Shown: piece after piece, positions 48,314 to 58,430 of the stretch
Position numbering within the stretch: the stretch's first letter is position 1
How the letters are laid out: every line of letters begins with the position of its first letter
Source of the DNA: a virus
Direction: 5' to 3' (one strand)
Virus record (IMG/VR): IMGVR_UViG_3300021364_003460
Coordinates: 64,001-128,000 of that record
Length of the DNA stretch: 64,000 nt
Notes under the pieces: model-generated
Told to the model about the DNA's origin: nothing
Databases searched by the model: none
Seen by the model: the letters and a program-made list of their open reading frames with translations, nothing else
Position numbers and translations under genes: made by a program

Positions 48314-49203
48314 GATATTGTTAATGTATTAGTTGAACTTTGGCTAATAGTAAAACTTTGATTACTTTCTGTAGTAGGAAGAATTAAAGTAGGTTCAATA
48401 CCAACTAAACTTAATACTGATAATGCAGTACCCTTGTAATCTAATTTAGGAGATTGTTGTAATAGAAATTGAGAAGTAGAGTTAGCATACAAATAAAACT
48501 TTATATGAGAATTATAACTTGAGTCAGTGTACTGATATTGATACTCTCCTACAAAGTAGCTATCTCCTGAAATTGGATATGAATTTTCTAGTTGACACTC
48601 ATCTACAATAAGTTGATTCTCAGTTGGTATACCTAAAGGATAGTTTAAATCAGTAGGTCTTAATGGGGATAGGTAGTAGAAATCTTTTACTGAATAATAA
48701 CCTTTTAAATCTTTATATTCATACAATAAAGTTTGATTAAGTAAACATACTCTACCAGTAAACTCAAATGTAGGTAAAAAAGAATGAGTAAATCCAGAGC
48801 TAACATTAACTAAGTAAGAGCTGCCCCAACTGACTGAATTAGCTTCTATTAAGTAATTCTTAGTAGGGTAAATTAACTCTACCTCTTTAGCTTCATTCCA
48901 ACTAGAGTAATAAGGTATTTTATCTTTTAGTCTGTTAAAGTTAGCTTGAGTTGCAGAAATGTAAACAAACTGTAAGTCTTCAAAATTAGTAATGTTATTT
49001 GAGTTAACAAATTCCCAATAGTATTGATTACCTAAATACTTACAAGATAAGTAAGTAAAAGGTAAATTGATTAAGTATTGATAAGCTTCCTCTTCTGTAT
49101 AAGGAAGATAAAAGTCAGATAGTATTAAGTCTTGTTTAGGATACAAAACTTGGATGGCTTGCTGTAATCTGACTTGTGATATGTAGTTTGTTATGTTTGT
49201 CAT
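48310..49203 (-). CDS. putative structural protein
   Basis: 297-aa ORF. Confidence 0.5.
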   Translation of the reverse strand: MTNITNYISQVRLQQAIQVLYPKQDLILSDFYLPYTEEEAYQYLINLPFTYLSCKYLGNQYYWEFVNSNNITNFEDLQFVYISATQANFNRLKDKIPYYSSWNEAKEVELIYPTKNYLIEANSVSWGSSYLVNVSSGFTHSFLPTFEFTGRVCLLNQTLLYEYKDLKGYYSVKDFYYLSPLRPTDLNYPLGIPTENQLIVDECQLENSYPISGDSYFVGEYQYQYTDSSYNSHIKFYLYANSTSQFLLQQSPKLDYKGTALSVLSLVGIEPTLILPTTESNQSFTISQSSTNTLTIS

Positions 49204-49205
49204 AA

Positions 49206-52200
49206 TTATCTAAAGTTAACAACGCCTTTTTTAGTCACAACCCAATTATCTCCTATTTTAGTTAACTCTGCTGGAGAGATTAAGATAGGTGTTTTTCCTG
49301 AAGGTAATGTAGAAGGAACATCAAAATAACTTGAAAAAGCATTATAGTTAAATTCATTTAATCTTATATTAGGTTTATAAGTTAAACTAAATTGATTAGT
49401 TGTTTGTTCTACTACCCAGTAACTACCTCTAGAATTAGGTTGCATTATTGGGTTGACATTTGCCCCTAATCTTCTTTGTTCAAGAGTAGTTTCTAATTCA
49501 GTAACAGGAGTAGCTTTATTTCTAAAACTTTGAGGATTCCTATTAAAGTCATCTATCCAACTTACCTGACTAGGATTAGTAACAACAGGTTGGGGCTGCT
49601 GAACTACAGGTTGACTAACAGGATCAGGAGTATTAGTTGTAGTTGTCTGACCTTCTGGAACTGGAGGTTGAGGATTTTGAGTTACAGGTTGTTGTGGAGG
49701 TGTGGTAGTTACAGTTGGAGTAATAAAACTAGAAGACTCTATTTGAGAGTAGGGTATAGCGTTAGTGTTGTTTCTTCCTATTATTACTCCAGCTTCAGTA
49801 AATCTTAAGTCAGTAGAGGAATCTATAATAATATTATCATCTATAAAAATATTATTTCCTCCAACTTTAATAGATATATCTTTAGTACCTCTACTACCAT
49901 ATCTATTAATAAGAGTTAATACTGCTCGTTTATTATTGGTAGATAAATTTAATATAGACTGCTCTACCTTATCAGGTAAAAATAGAGCTTTGATTGCGTT
50001 ATCTAATCTTGTAGTTTGACTAACTGGACTTGAGCTGCCTCCAGTAGAAGTCTGTGTAGGATCTGAAGCTGTAGGAGAATTAGTTGTAGTAGTTACAGAA
50101 GGTTGAGTGAATACTGACTCAGGAACATTAGTAACTTCTTTTCCAGTATATATAATTCCATCATCTGCTGTTAGGAGAATTAAATCCCCTCTAGATTTGA
50201 CTTTAGTAATTGTTACTGATTTAGATACTCCATTTTTAGTAACTGTAATAGTCTGATTCTTTAAGGCATCTTCGACATCAGGTAATCCTTTTAATCTAGT
50301 TAATAAATCATCTGTTTGGTTGACTATAGTTTGAGTAACAGATTGAGAAGCATTATTATTTACAGAACTTGGTATTGAAGTGCCTTGTTTTGTACCTCTT
50401 CTTATAACAGAACTTCCAATAGCAGAAGCTCCCCCTATAATTAAATTAGCAAAAAAGTAACTTACAAAATTGTCTATTGCCGTATCACTATCTTTATTAA
50501 ATTCTTGAGTTCTCTGCCAAGCTTCACCTAATACATCAAAACCACAAGCAGTAACAGCAGGTATAAAAGTAGTACCAAACCCTGCTATAGCTCCAGCAGC
50601 AGTTCCAGCAGGTCCAGCTACAGATCCCGCTTTTGCACCAACTATAGTAGTATAAGAAGATAAAACTGCTGACGCTGCTGCACAACCTCCTACTTTACCA
50701 GCTATATCTTTAAAAGTATTAGCATTCCACCCAATTAAACCAGATATGTCCCCATCAAAGCTAGAAGAATTACCTTCACACTCATCTTCTAAAGGTTTTA
50801 TTGTTTGATTTTGATCTCCATCTAATACTCTAGTATACCTAGTAATATAATTTCCATCAGTAGCATTAAAGTTTAATTTCCAATATATCTCTTCTTTACA
50901 CCCTAAAACTACTCCTGTAAAAGAAACAACTCTACAGAATATTCTAGCTCTTACCCATAAAATATCTCCTTTGAGCCTAAAAGTAACATCATCAAAAGCA
51001 GTTCTTCCAATACTACCTAAAATACCTGTAAACCAAGAAGTCAATCCTTGAGGAGGTTTACCTGTTATATAATCTTTAAAATAATAAAGTCTACTTTCTT
51101 GTATATACTTTAAATAACCAACTAAATGTTCATAACATAATTCCTGATTTAACCTTTTTTTAGGGTCAGATATATTATTAATGCCCTCAACTATCTTATT
51201 AACTTGATCAATTAATTGAGCTTGTTCACTGTTAGGAACATTAGCTTCTGGAACTAAAGCATTACTTTCTGAACCATTCTCAGTTGTCCCCTCTTGATCT
51301 TTAGCAGTCTTCAAATCAACTTTAGCTTTGTCAATAGCAGCCTGTAAACTATTATTTAAATTAATATTGGTTTTAGAAGCCATATTAAAGTCAGTTACAT
51401 CTAAAACTAATGTATACCAAGTTCTCTCTTGAGTAGCATGATACACATCTAGGTTTCTGATAACAGCAGTAAACTGAGGATTACCTGATGTGGGGTCTTG
51501 TAACTTTAAGGATGCTGCATGAGGAGAAGATTTTATATCTCTGTAAACCTGAGCAGTATTAATCTCAACTTCAATTTGTTTACCTTCATAAGCTAACTTT
51601 TGAAAAGCTAAGTAAGAGTTGTAAGCATTGAGTTCTGCTTTAGGTTCTCTAAATGGATTGTCTGCTACAGTTCTACCTCCTAGAGTAGAGCTAAATCTAT
51701 TACTACCAAAGGCCTTAGGGTCATCTACTAAAGTTTTCTCTTCACCATCTGCTCCAGTAAAAGCACCTACTATAATAACTTGTAGTCCTTTAACACCTAA
51801 GTTTTGATAGATAGGTGAGAAGCCAGGTATTTGTTGTTTACCTACAGCAGGTACAAACTTAAAGTTAAGCCCAGGCATAGCATTAGGTACATCTCTACCT
51901 CCTTGTATAGGTACTGTAGATTGTCTAGCTGGAAGTAGGGACATATAATAGCTAGAGAAAGGTGATTGGTTTGCTGCTACTTCAGGTTGTTTAGTTGTAA
52001 ACCTAATACCCCACTCTTCCACAGGTAGTTCTTTTAGTTGTGGAGTTTTAGTTGTAGGTTTTGTATTAGTAGGAGTTTTAGTTGTGGGTTTTTTAGCGTT
52101 AGGAGTTTGATTTTTTGTAGGTTTTGTATTAGTAGGAGTAGTAGAGGTATTATTTTTAGTTGACGTAGTTTTTGAAGGTGCAGTAGACTTTTGTGTAACT

Positions 52201-53063
52201 GTAGGTAAAGGTTTAGGAGGATTAACTTTAGTGTCTTTAGAAGATTCTTTTTTAATAGATATAAATTTATTTAAATCTTGTATTACACTTTCTACTGCGG
52301 TTATATTATCTCTATATATTTTAGCATTATCTTCAGTAGAATCTATAAAATCTGCTACCTTAAACAAAGAATCATTAATAAAAGCTTTGGCTTCTTCTAT
52401 GTAACTTCTAGCTGAATTAATGTAAGTATTTGCATTAATTTCATTTGAGTCTTTACAAAAAGTTTCTTTATCATCTATAAGTCTATCTCTTACTGCTACA
52501 AATTCAGGATAATTAGTAGCCGCCCAAAAAGTATTTAAATTACATATTCTTTTAACTAAATCATCTACATCTTTAACACTATTAGTAGCTACAGCAGTCG
52601 GAGTTGTAGGTTGCTGTAGCTTAGATTCAGTTTCTTTTAATTTAGTAACTATATCTTTAATAGCTTTTAAATTAAGACTTATACTAGTAATGGAACTTCT
52701 TACTTGATTAACAATAGAAGAAACTATTTTATTACTAAAATCTCCACTAGAAGCAGTAACCTTTGTATATAAACTATTTATTATTGGAGTTATAACGTCT
52801 CTATAATATTCATCTTTGTCTGAAATAGTAGCTAAAAATTGATTATAATTACTTAGTTGAATTTTAGATAAATTAGTAATTAAAGTTTTAACTTCAGAAA
52901 GATAATTTAATACATCTTCTTTTAAGTCTTTATTTTCCTGAGAGAAGTTAGCACTATTTAGCTGAGTTAATTCTTTCTGTAGTAAAATATGAGGATTAGT
53001 GTTTCCTTCTACTACTAACTTGAGTAACTCTTTAATAATAATACTAATACTAGTCTGACTCAT
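49206..53063 (-). CDS. 1285-aa multidomain virion-associated protein with Pro/Thr linkers and a glycine-zipper segment
   Basis: P/T/K-rich linkers; 25-nt direct repeat 52052-76/52115-39; GAKAGSVAGPAGTAAGAIAG hydrophobic zipper. Confidence 0.6.
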   Translation of the reverse strand: MSQTSISIIIKELLKLVVEGNTNPHILLQKELTQLNSANFSQENKDLKEDVLNYLSEVKTLITNLSKIQLSNYNQFLATISDKDEYYRDVITPIINSLYTKVTASSGDFSNKIVSSIVNQVRSSITSISLNLKAIKDIVTKLKETESKLQQPTTPTAVATNSVKDVDDLVKRICNLNTFWAATNYPEFVAVRDRLIDDKETFCKDSNEINANTYINSARSYIEEAKAFINDSLFKVADFIDSTEDNAKIYRDNITAVESVIQDLNKFISIKKESSKDTKVNPPKPLPTVTQKSTAPSKTTSTKNNTSTTPTNTKPTKNQTPNAKKPTTKTPTNTKPTTKTPQLKELPVEEWGIRFTTKQPEVAANQSPFSSYYMSLLPARQSTVPIQGGRDVPNAMPGLNFKFVPAVGKQQIPGFSPIYQNLGVKGLQVIIVGAFTGADGEEKTLVDDPKAFGSNRFSSTLGGRTVADNPFREPKAELNAYNSYLAFQKLAYEGKQIEVEINTAQVYRDIKSSPHAASLKLQDPTSGNPQFTAVIRNLDVYHATQERTWYTLVLDVTDFNMASKTNINLNNSLQAAIDKAKVDLKTAKDQEGTTENGSESNALVPEANVPNSEQAQLIDQVNKIVEGINNISDPKKRLNQELCYEHLVGYLKYIQESRLYYFKDYITGKPPQGLTSWFTGILGSIGRTAFDDVTFRLKGDILWVRARIFCRVVSFTGVVLGCKEEIYWKLNFNATDGNYITRYTRVLDGDQNQTIKPLEDECEGNSSSFDGDISGLIGWNANTFKDIAGKVGGCAAASAVLSSYTTIVGAKAGSVAGPAGTAAGAIAGFGTTFIPAVTACGFDVLGEAWQRTQEFNKDSDTAIDNFVSYFFANLIIGGASAIGSSVIRRGTKQGTSIPSSVNNNASQSVTQTIVNQTDDLLTRLKGLPDVEDALKNQTITVTKNGVSKSVTITKVKSRGDLILLTADDGIIYTGKEVTNVPESVFTQPSVTTTTNSPTASDPTQTSTGGSSSPVSQTTRLDNAIKALFLPDKVEQSILNLSTNNKRAVLTLINRYGSRGTKDISIKVGGNNIFIDDNIIIDSSTDLRFTEAGVIIGRNNTNAIPYSQIESSSFITPTVTTTPPQQPVTQNPQPPVPEGQTTTTNTPDPVSQPVVQQPQPVVTNPSQVSWIDDFNRNPQSFRNKATPVTELETTLEQRRLGANVNPIMQPNSRGSYWVVEQTTNQFSLTYKPNIRLNEFNYNAFSSYFDVPSTLPSGKTPILISPAELTKIGDNWVVTKKGVVNFR

Positions 53064-53504
53064 CTAAAACCCTCCTGTATACAATTTAGTAATAATTTCT
53101 TGTAGGCTGCTGTTATTAAAATCTAAATAGTTAGCTGCCATTTGAAACTTACTATTGTTAGCAATCTCTTCAGTATTTGTAAAAGAGTAAACTCTAGCAG
53201 ATTCAGTATCAAACAAAGGTTGTTTACTATTAAGAGTTTTCTTATTAGCTACAGGTAAATTGCTAACAGAAAGTAAAACTAAAGGTAGCTCTGTAAGAGC
53301 AATAATTTCATCATCAATAAAATCAGATAGTCTTAAATGTTGTAAGAGGATAGCTAATGCTAATAAAATTGCATGAGTAAACTGAGGGAATCTAGCTTTC
53401 AACTCAGAATACTTTTTATTGATTCTTAAACCCTGCCACTCTAGTTTATAAGTAGAATTATCAGCAGGTAGTTTCTCTAGAAAAGATAATAAATCTGGAG
53501 GCAT
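53064..53504 (-). CDS. hypothetical protein
   Basis: 146-aa ORF, first gene of the - strand block. Confidence 0.55.
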   Translation of the reverse strand: MPPDLLSFLEKLPADNSTYKLEWQGLRINKKYSELKARFPQFTHAILLALAILLQHLRLSDFIDDEIIALTELPLVLLSVSNLPVANKKTLNSKQPLFDTESARVYSFTNTEEIANNSKFQMAANYLDFNNSSLQEIITKLYTGGF

Positions 53505-53559
53505 ATTATGTTGTATAGAATATTCAATTTAGTGTAATTAAATAAGGAATGCAAATGTT

Positions 53560-53793
53560 ATGCGTAAATATAAAGTGACTGTAGAAGCTGAGTTAACTCT
53601 AAATGACTTTGTAGATCACATTGATGTAAATAAGTTTAGTGAGTCTTCTATTATTATTCATTTAATAAATGAAGAAAATAACCCAGAGGAATGTGAATAT
53701 AAACTATCTCTAGAGCTTTGGGACAATAGTTATGGTGAATTTATTCAAGAAGCTATTATTAAAGCTATAAATGTATCAGAAATTACAAACTAG
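53560..53793 (+). CDS. hypothetical protein
   Basis: 77-aa ORF. Confidence 0.55.
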   Translation: MRKYKVTVEAELTLNDFVDHIDVNKFSESSIIIHLINEENNPEECEYKLSLELWDNSYGEFIQEAIIKAINVSEITN

Positions 53794-53868
53794 TTAATTT
53801 CTAAAGTTACCCTGAAACAGAATAGATAGATTGAAGTTTATAAAATAAATATACTGGAGGATAGATAA

Positions 53869-54018
53869 ATGAAAACAAAGAAAGTATTAGCTGAATTAGT
53901 AGCCCAAAGTATTGCTGACTATGAAAAGTACATGTCTACACTTACTCCAGAACAACAAGCTATTAGAAGAAATGCTTTCTGGAGTAAAGTTAATAATGAT
54001 AACAAAGTGGCAGCCTAG
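53869..54018 (+). CDS. 49-aa protein ending in -KVAA, below track cutoff
   Basis: GGAGG RBS; MKTKKVLAELVAQ...NKVAA*. Confidence 0.55.
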   Translation: MKTKKVLAELVAQSIADYEKYMSTLTPEQQAIRRNAFWSKVNNDNKVAA

Positions 54019-55604
54019 TATTTAAACTCTATACTAACTACCTGATTACCTTTTATGTATATTCTTCTTATACAAGACTTTAATATTTGCCCCTTCAAAG
54101 AGGTATCTAAAGTCTCCCAGTACAAAGGGTCAGAGAAAGCAGATATTATTCTCTCTTTAGATACTATATAGTTTACAGACTGAGTAGCTGTTGACTTATC
54201 TAACTCTGCTATTCTCCTTTTAGTCTGCATAATAGAGTCTTGTAAAGTTATGTCATAAGGCAGACTTTCTAAAGCAGTTAATTGGTTCTTAAGTTTCTGC
54301 AACTCTTTACTATCTACTGTAGTTACAACAGGAGTCTCTCCTATCTTAGATAACCTCTCTGCTTCCTGTATAAGTAAAAGTATTACTTGGTGTTCTAATG
54401 AGTCAGAACTAATCATAGTAGAGTTAGTACAAGTTCTAGTTCTGTAAAAGCTACACTGATAGTAATGTCTAAGATAGTTTGTACTTTTAACTAACTTTTT
54501 AGATTGTCTACTGTAAGCTGCATGGCAGTAATAACACTTTAGTAAACCAGCAAAGGGATTAAGGTATCTTTGTTCAGTAGTCCATCTATTATGTCTATTA
54601 GCAGAGATAAATGATTTTACTTGTTCATATTCCTGATAAGTAATAATAGCTTCTCCACTAGCTCCAAAAGAGTTAACAGGATAGTTAGCAGTATTGCCAT
54701 GAGTACCCCAAGATATAGTCCACTGTTCAAAGGGTTTTTTATGACCTTTAGATTTAGTATTAATATTATAAGGAGTACCACCAGCATACACAGGATTAAT
54801 GAGGGTATTCCTTAAACCAGATACAGTCCAACTTAAGCTTTTAGAAGAATAGCCAAATAAAAGAGTTCTATTAGTATCTTTGATAGATTGATAACTAAGT
54901 TCATCCTCTTGTTGAATAACATTAGGTTTCTTTTCTTTACCTTTAGTAGTAGCTTTAACTTGAATACCAAAAGTCTCATGTAACTTAGCTACTGTTTTAT
55001 TAATAGTACCTACTTCAAAGAAACAGTCAAATACATATCTAGCTAATGTTGCTTTAGTAAATACTTGCTTATTATTTAATAAGCATATAATTTCTGTATG
55101 ATCTAAAGTGTAACTATCATTAATAACCTGATAACCAAAAGGAGCGTTCCAATGAGGTTTATTTTGTGACCTTCTAAAATTAACATCATCTTTAACTCTT
55201 TTAGATAACATTTCTACTTCATATTGAGCGGCAGCTAATCTAACATTTATAGTTAGTTTGTCTGCTATGTTATCTATGTTAAAGTTTTCATCTAAAGCAA
55301 CAGAAGTTATATCTTTCTTTTTGAGAGCATCCATTAGCTGATAAAAAACTAGGTAAGAGGAAGTTAATCTATCTATTCTTATAAATATAAACTTAGATAT
55401 CTCTCCTTTTTGAGAGTAGTTTATATCTTCTATAAGTTGCAGTAACCCTCTTCTAGTATCACTTGTCCTAGATTCTATATCATAGTAGATTTTAGTAGCT
55501 TCTGCTGCCCTAACTCTCTGCATCTGTTTGATAAGAGAATTCCTGTCTTCTTGCTGTTCTTGAGTAGAAACTCTACAGTAAGCAATCACTTGAGGTTGAA
55601 ACAT
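54015..55604 (-). CDS. large serine recombinase (XisF-like integrase)
   Basis: AYCRVST (catalytic Ser), R..R.GL, RIDRL, recombinase domain PFGY...NPVYAG, Zn ribbon CYYC...YYQC...C, coiled coil; AGGAG RBS. Confidence 0.93.
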   Translation of the reverse strand: MFQPQVIAYCRVSTQEQQEDRNSLIKQMQRVRAAEATKIYYDIESRTSDTRRGLLQLIEDINYSQKGEISKFIFIRIDRLTSSYLVFYQLMDALKKKDITSVALDENFNIDNIADKLTINVRLAAAQYEVEMLSKRVKDDVNFRRSQNKPHWNAPFGYQVINDSYTLDHTEIICLLNNKQVFTKATLARYVFDCFFEVGTINKTVAKLHETFGIQVKATTKGKEKKPNVIQQEDELSYQSIKDTNRTLLFGYSSKSLSWTVSGLRNTLINPVYAGGTPYNINTKSKGHKKPFEQWTISWGTHGNTANYPVNSFGASGEAIITYQEYEQVKSFISANRHNRWTTEQRYLNPFAGLLKCYYCHAAYSRQSKKLVKSTNYLRHYYQCSFYRTRTCTNSTMISSDSLEHQVILLLIQEAERLSKIGETPVVTTVDSKELQKLKNQLTALESLPYDITLQDSIMQTKRRIAELDKSTATQSVNYIVSKERIISAFSDPLYWETLDTSLKGQILKSCIRRIYIKGNQVVSIEFKY

Positions 55605-55627
55605 GATAGCTGTCTCCTAAAGATATA

Positions 55628-55671
55628 CCTGATAGTATACACTTTGGAGAACGTAAGTTTACACTATCAGG
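55628..55671. other. candidate attP site for the serine recombinase
   Basis: CCTGATAGTATACACTT / AAGTTTACACTATCAGG inverted arms (15/17) around a 10-nt core with central GA, 23 nt upstream of the integrase ATG. Confidence 0.6.
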
Positions 55672-55695
55672 CAAGTGCTAGAAGACTTACTCTGA

Positions 55696-55842
55696 TTAGG
55701 TTTCAAAAAATTCATCTATTTCTTGCTTGGCTTTTATTACTCTAACTTGTTTAGTCAAAGTATTTAAGTCTGTTTTAATCTGCTGTAGTATTTTCAAGAT
55801 TTGTTCTTGAGATATTGCATCTTTATTGTCTTGTTCAATCAT
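55696..55842 (-). CDS. 48-aa coiled-coil protein upstream of the recombinase, below track cutoff
   Basis: MIEQDNKDAISQEQILKILQQIKTDLNTLTKQVRVIKAKQEIDEFFET*. Confidence 0.5.
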   Translation of the reverse strand: MIEQDNKDAISQEQILKILQQIKTDLNTLTKQVRVIKAKQEIDEFFET

Positions 55843-55869
55843 TTTATTTAACAAAAGGAATTTAATAAT

Positions 55870-56817
55870 ATGTCTTTAAAATACACTTCTCAATTATCTA
55901 ACATTGGTACTGTTTATGAAGGTGAGACTCCTAATGAATTAGCTCAAAAAGCAGGTTTAGATTGGAATGTAATTGTAACTCCAGCTAACTATACTGTAAA
56001 TGGTACTAATTATCAAAGTAAGTCTACTAATATTATTGTAAGAGAAGATAAACCTGAAGTACAGTTAGGAGACTGTGGTACTAAATGGCAGCCACTTCAA
56101 AATGTAAATATTCTAGAAAGTGTAATTGAATTCTGTAATAATGAACCTACCTTAAAACTAGATAGGGTAGGTTGCTTTAAGAATGGTAAAACTATCTGGG
56201 CTTCTATCAAAACAGATAAAGTTATTGAACTAAAAGGTGGAGATTTAATTAGTGGTAGCTTGTTATTAGTTAACTCTCATGACTATGCTAATGGTATGTT
56301 AGTTAAACTATTACTAGATAGAGAAATCTGCTTTAATCAATTAGCTGTAGGAGTGCAAACTAAAACTAAAGTGTATGCCCACTCTAAGTTTCTTACTCAA
56401 GACAAAGTAATGTCAGTGTTAGCTGGTTTCCATAATCAGTTTAACCAATTTAAAAAAGATGCTGAAATACTTAGCAATACTGAAATAGACTTAGATTTAT
56501 TCTACAGACTAGTTATCAAAGAGTTTGGTAATATAGAAAAAATGAATCATCTGAAGGCTCACTTATCTGACTTAGATGAGCAACCTAAAGCAGTTAGACA
56601 GATTGTTCAGCTATACTCAGGAGCAGGTATGGGTAGTGATATGATAAGTGCATATAACACAATGTGGGGTTGCTTAAACGCAACAACTGAGTTTGTTAAC
56701 CATAAGTCTAAGAAAACTGGAGGAGTAGAAGGTCACATTAATAGCCTATGGTTAGAAAGTAAAGCTAGAAAGCAACAGAATATTTACAAACAGTTAGTTA
56801 GTTTAGCAAGAGTATAA
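55870..56817 (+). CDS. DUF932 (phage/plasmid LGT_TIGR03299-like) protein
   Basis: AGLDWNV, WQPLQN, LLVNSHD, R.ICFNQL, TMWG..NA.TE..NH. Confidence 0.8.
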   Translation: MSLKYTSQLSNIGTVYEGETPNELAQKAGLDWNVIVTPANYTVNGTNYQSKSTNIIVREDKPEVQLGDCGTKWQPLQNVNILESVIEFCNNEPTLKLDRVGCFKNGKTIWASIKTDKVIELKGGDLISGSLLLVNSHDYANGMLVKLLLDREICFNQLAVGVQTKTKVYAHSKFLTQDKVMSVLAGFHNQFNQFKKDAEILSNTEIDLDLFYRLVIKEFGNIEKMNHLKAHLSDLDEQPKAVRQIVQLYSGAGMGSDMISAYNTMWGCLNATTEFVNHKSKKTGGVEGHINSLWLESKARKQQNIYKQLVSLARV

Positions 56818-56888
56818 ATGTAGATAATTTACGTATATAAAGGCTACATAGTAGGAGATGTTGTAATCTGCCCTACTGGTCAAGTAGG

Positions 56889-57560
56889 CTAAAAAAATAC
56901 AGTATCTAGATTACCTTCTCTTAATAAGGCTTTTAGATTACTGTAGCATTCTTCTAACTGTGTTAATTTGTCTTGGTTAGAGTACCAATCTAAAGTAGGT
57001 TCTTCTAAATACTGTATTTCTATAATTCCAAAGATACCTTTCTTGCTAGTTAGCAGTCTACTATATTTTGTGTGAATACCTCTTTTCGTTAGATAGTTAA
57101 CACAAACTAGAGATAAAGAGGATTGACCTCTGTAATACTTATTAAATTTAACATCAGTAAGATGTTTTAATTCTTTGTTAATAAAACAGTCTGTTATAGG
57201 TATTTTTCTAATAAGAGTTTTTAAAGAAGGAACGTTAATTTGAGTAGCTTCATAAACTACAGAAAACTCTTTAAAAGGAATGGCATCTGTATTACAAGTA
57301 TTGTGAACTAAGGCAACAGCTACCCTACTGGCTTGAGTAATATCTAACGTCTGTTTAACTACTTCTTGTATTTTTTCATGATTGTCTATCTCTTCAAATT
57401 TTACATAGTTACTGTTAACTTTCTTTGGCTGTTTAAAAGCTACAGTAAGTAGTATCAAACTAGATATTATTAGAGATAGTAATCCAAACACTTCTTCTGT
57501 GTGATTTTTATAAAAGTCTACTAAATTATCTCTAGTAGATTTAACTTCAATTATATTCAT
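56889..57560 (-). CDS. single-TM protein with GAF-like domain (T4 holin T-like architecture)
   Basis: TM VFGLLSLIISSLILLTVAF then ASRVAV..HN...FSVVYE...GIFGIIEIQY; ATG at 57560 preferred. Confidence 0.45.
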   Translation of the reverse strand: MNIIEVKSTRDNLVDFYKNHTEEVFGLLSLIISSLILLTVAFKQPKKVNSNYVKFEEIDNHEKIQEVVKQTLDITQASRVAVALVHNTCNTDAIPFKEFSVVYEATQINVPSLKTLIRKIPITDCFINKELKHLTDVKFNKYYRGQSSLSLVCVNYLTKRGIHTKYSRLLTSKKGIFGIIEIQYLEEPTLDWYSNQDKLTQLEECYSNLKALLREGNLDTVFF

Positions 57561-57646
57561 AAAGTTAGTAAATAATATACATAGATTTACTAACACTTAT
57601 TTATGTGCAAATTATATTTAATTTTATTTAAAAAACTTAATAGTAA

Positions 57647-58366
57647 ATGAATAACAAACCTAATGGCTTTATCTTATATGAAGGAGCCTCTACTTTTGAT
57701 GGCAGCCCCATTGTAGTTATAGTAACTGGGTATAAAACTCCTAGTGCTAACCCTAAAACTGGAGATATGTTACAAACGTGGATTATCAAATCAGATGACT
57801 TTCCTAGTAATGCTATTAAAAAAGGTAGTGATAGTTCAATTTGTGGTAGCTGTTCTCTTAGAGGTAAAATATGTTATGTCTACATGGCTCCAGTCAACAA
57901 TATATGGAGAAACTATAAAGAAGGGTGTTACCCTAAAGTAAATGATAAGATACTACAGAGGATTAAGAGAAGAAGGCGTTTAGTACGCTTAGGAAGCTAT
58001 GGCGACCCCTGTGCAGTACCTTTAGAAGTATAGCAGCCTCTTATTAAAGCTGGTGCTGGTTACACTGGTTATACTCATGCTTGGCAGTATACTGACCAAA
58101 GGTGGAAACAATACTTGATGGCTTCTGTTGAATCTACTACACTAATGGAGAAAGCGCATGACTTAGGTTGGAGAACCTTTAGAATAATAGAGTCTACTGA
58201 TGAGTTAACTGATAAAGAAACGATGTGTAAGAATTGGTTAGATGAGGATATTAAGTGTGAGGACTGCAAGCTATGTAATGGTAAAAGTAATAAACCAAGC
58301 ATAGCTAATGTAGTACATGGTGTTAAATGGAAAGTAAATAACTATAAAGAGTTAGTATTAAATTAA
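57647..58366 (+). pseudogene. Cys-rich Fe-S/radical-SAM-like (Gp88-like) phage protein interrupted by in-frame TAG
   Basis: the two track ORFs are one frame: RLGSYGDPCAVPLEV*QPL...YTGYTHAW...MASVES...CEDCKLC; TAG at 58031-58033. Confidence 0.7.
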
Positions 58367-58430
58367 CCTACCAATTATAAGTAAACTTAAATTATAAATA
58401 CTTGCAATTACATTTACCATTGAGGAGATA

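Noticed and set aside
3991-58033. Genome-wide TAG reassignment suggested by two in-frame ambers
   Set aside because: TAG ends many well-defined genes just before the next start (e.g. 7461, 29183, 30124, 31306), and the premature stops also include TAA and TGA
2276-58302. Short antisense or overlapping track ORFs (2276-2473, 5298-5492, 14857-15141, 15337-15537, 15948-16142, 17737-18054, 20645-20977, 22382-22567, 29521-29733, 29812-30066, 32890-33084, 38949-39140, 40344-40541, 49530-49808, 49765-50019, 54621-54815, 55551-55745, 57744-57941, 58075-58302)
   Set aside because: They shadow longer genes with recognisable or better-supported products, lack RBS or motifs, and have antisense-type composition
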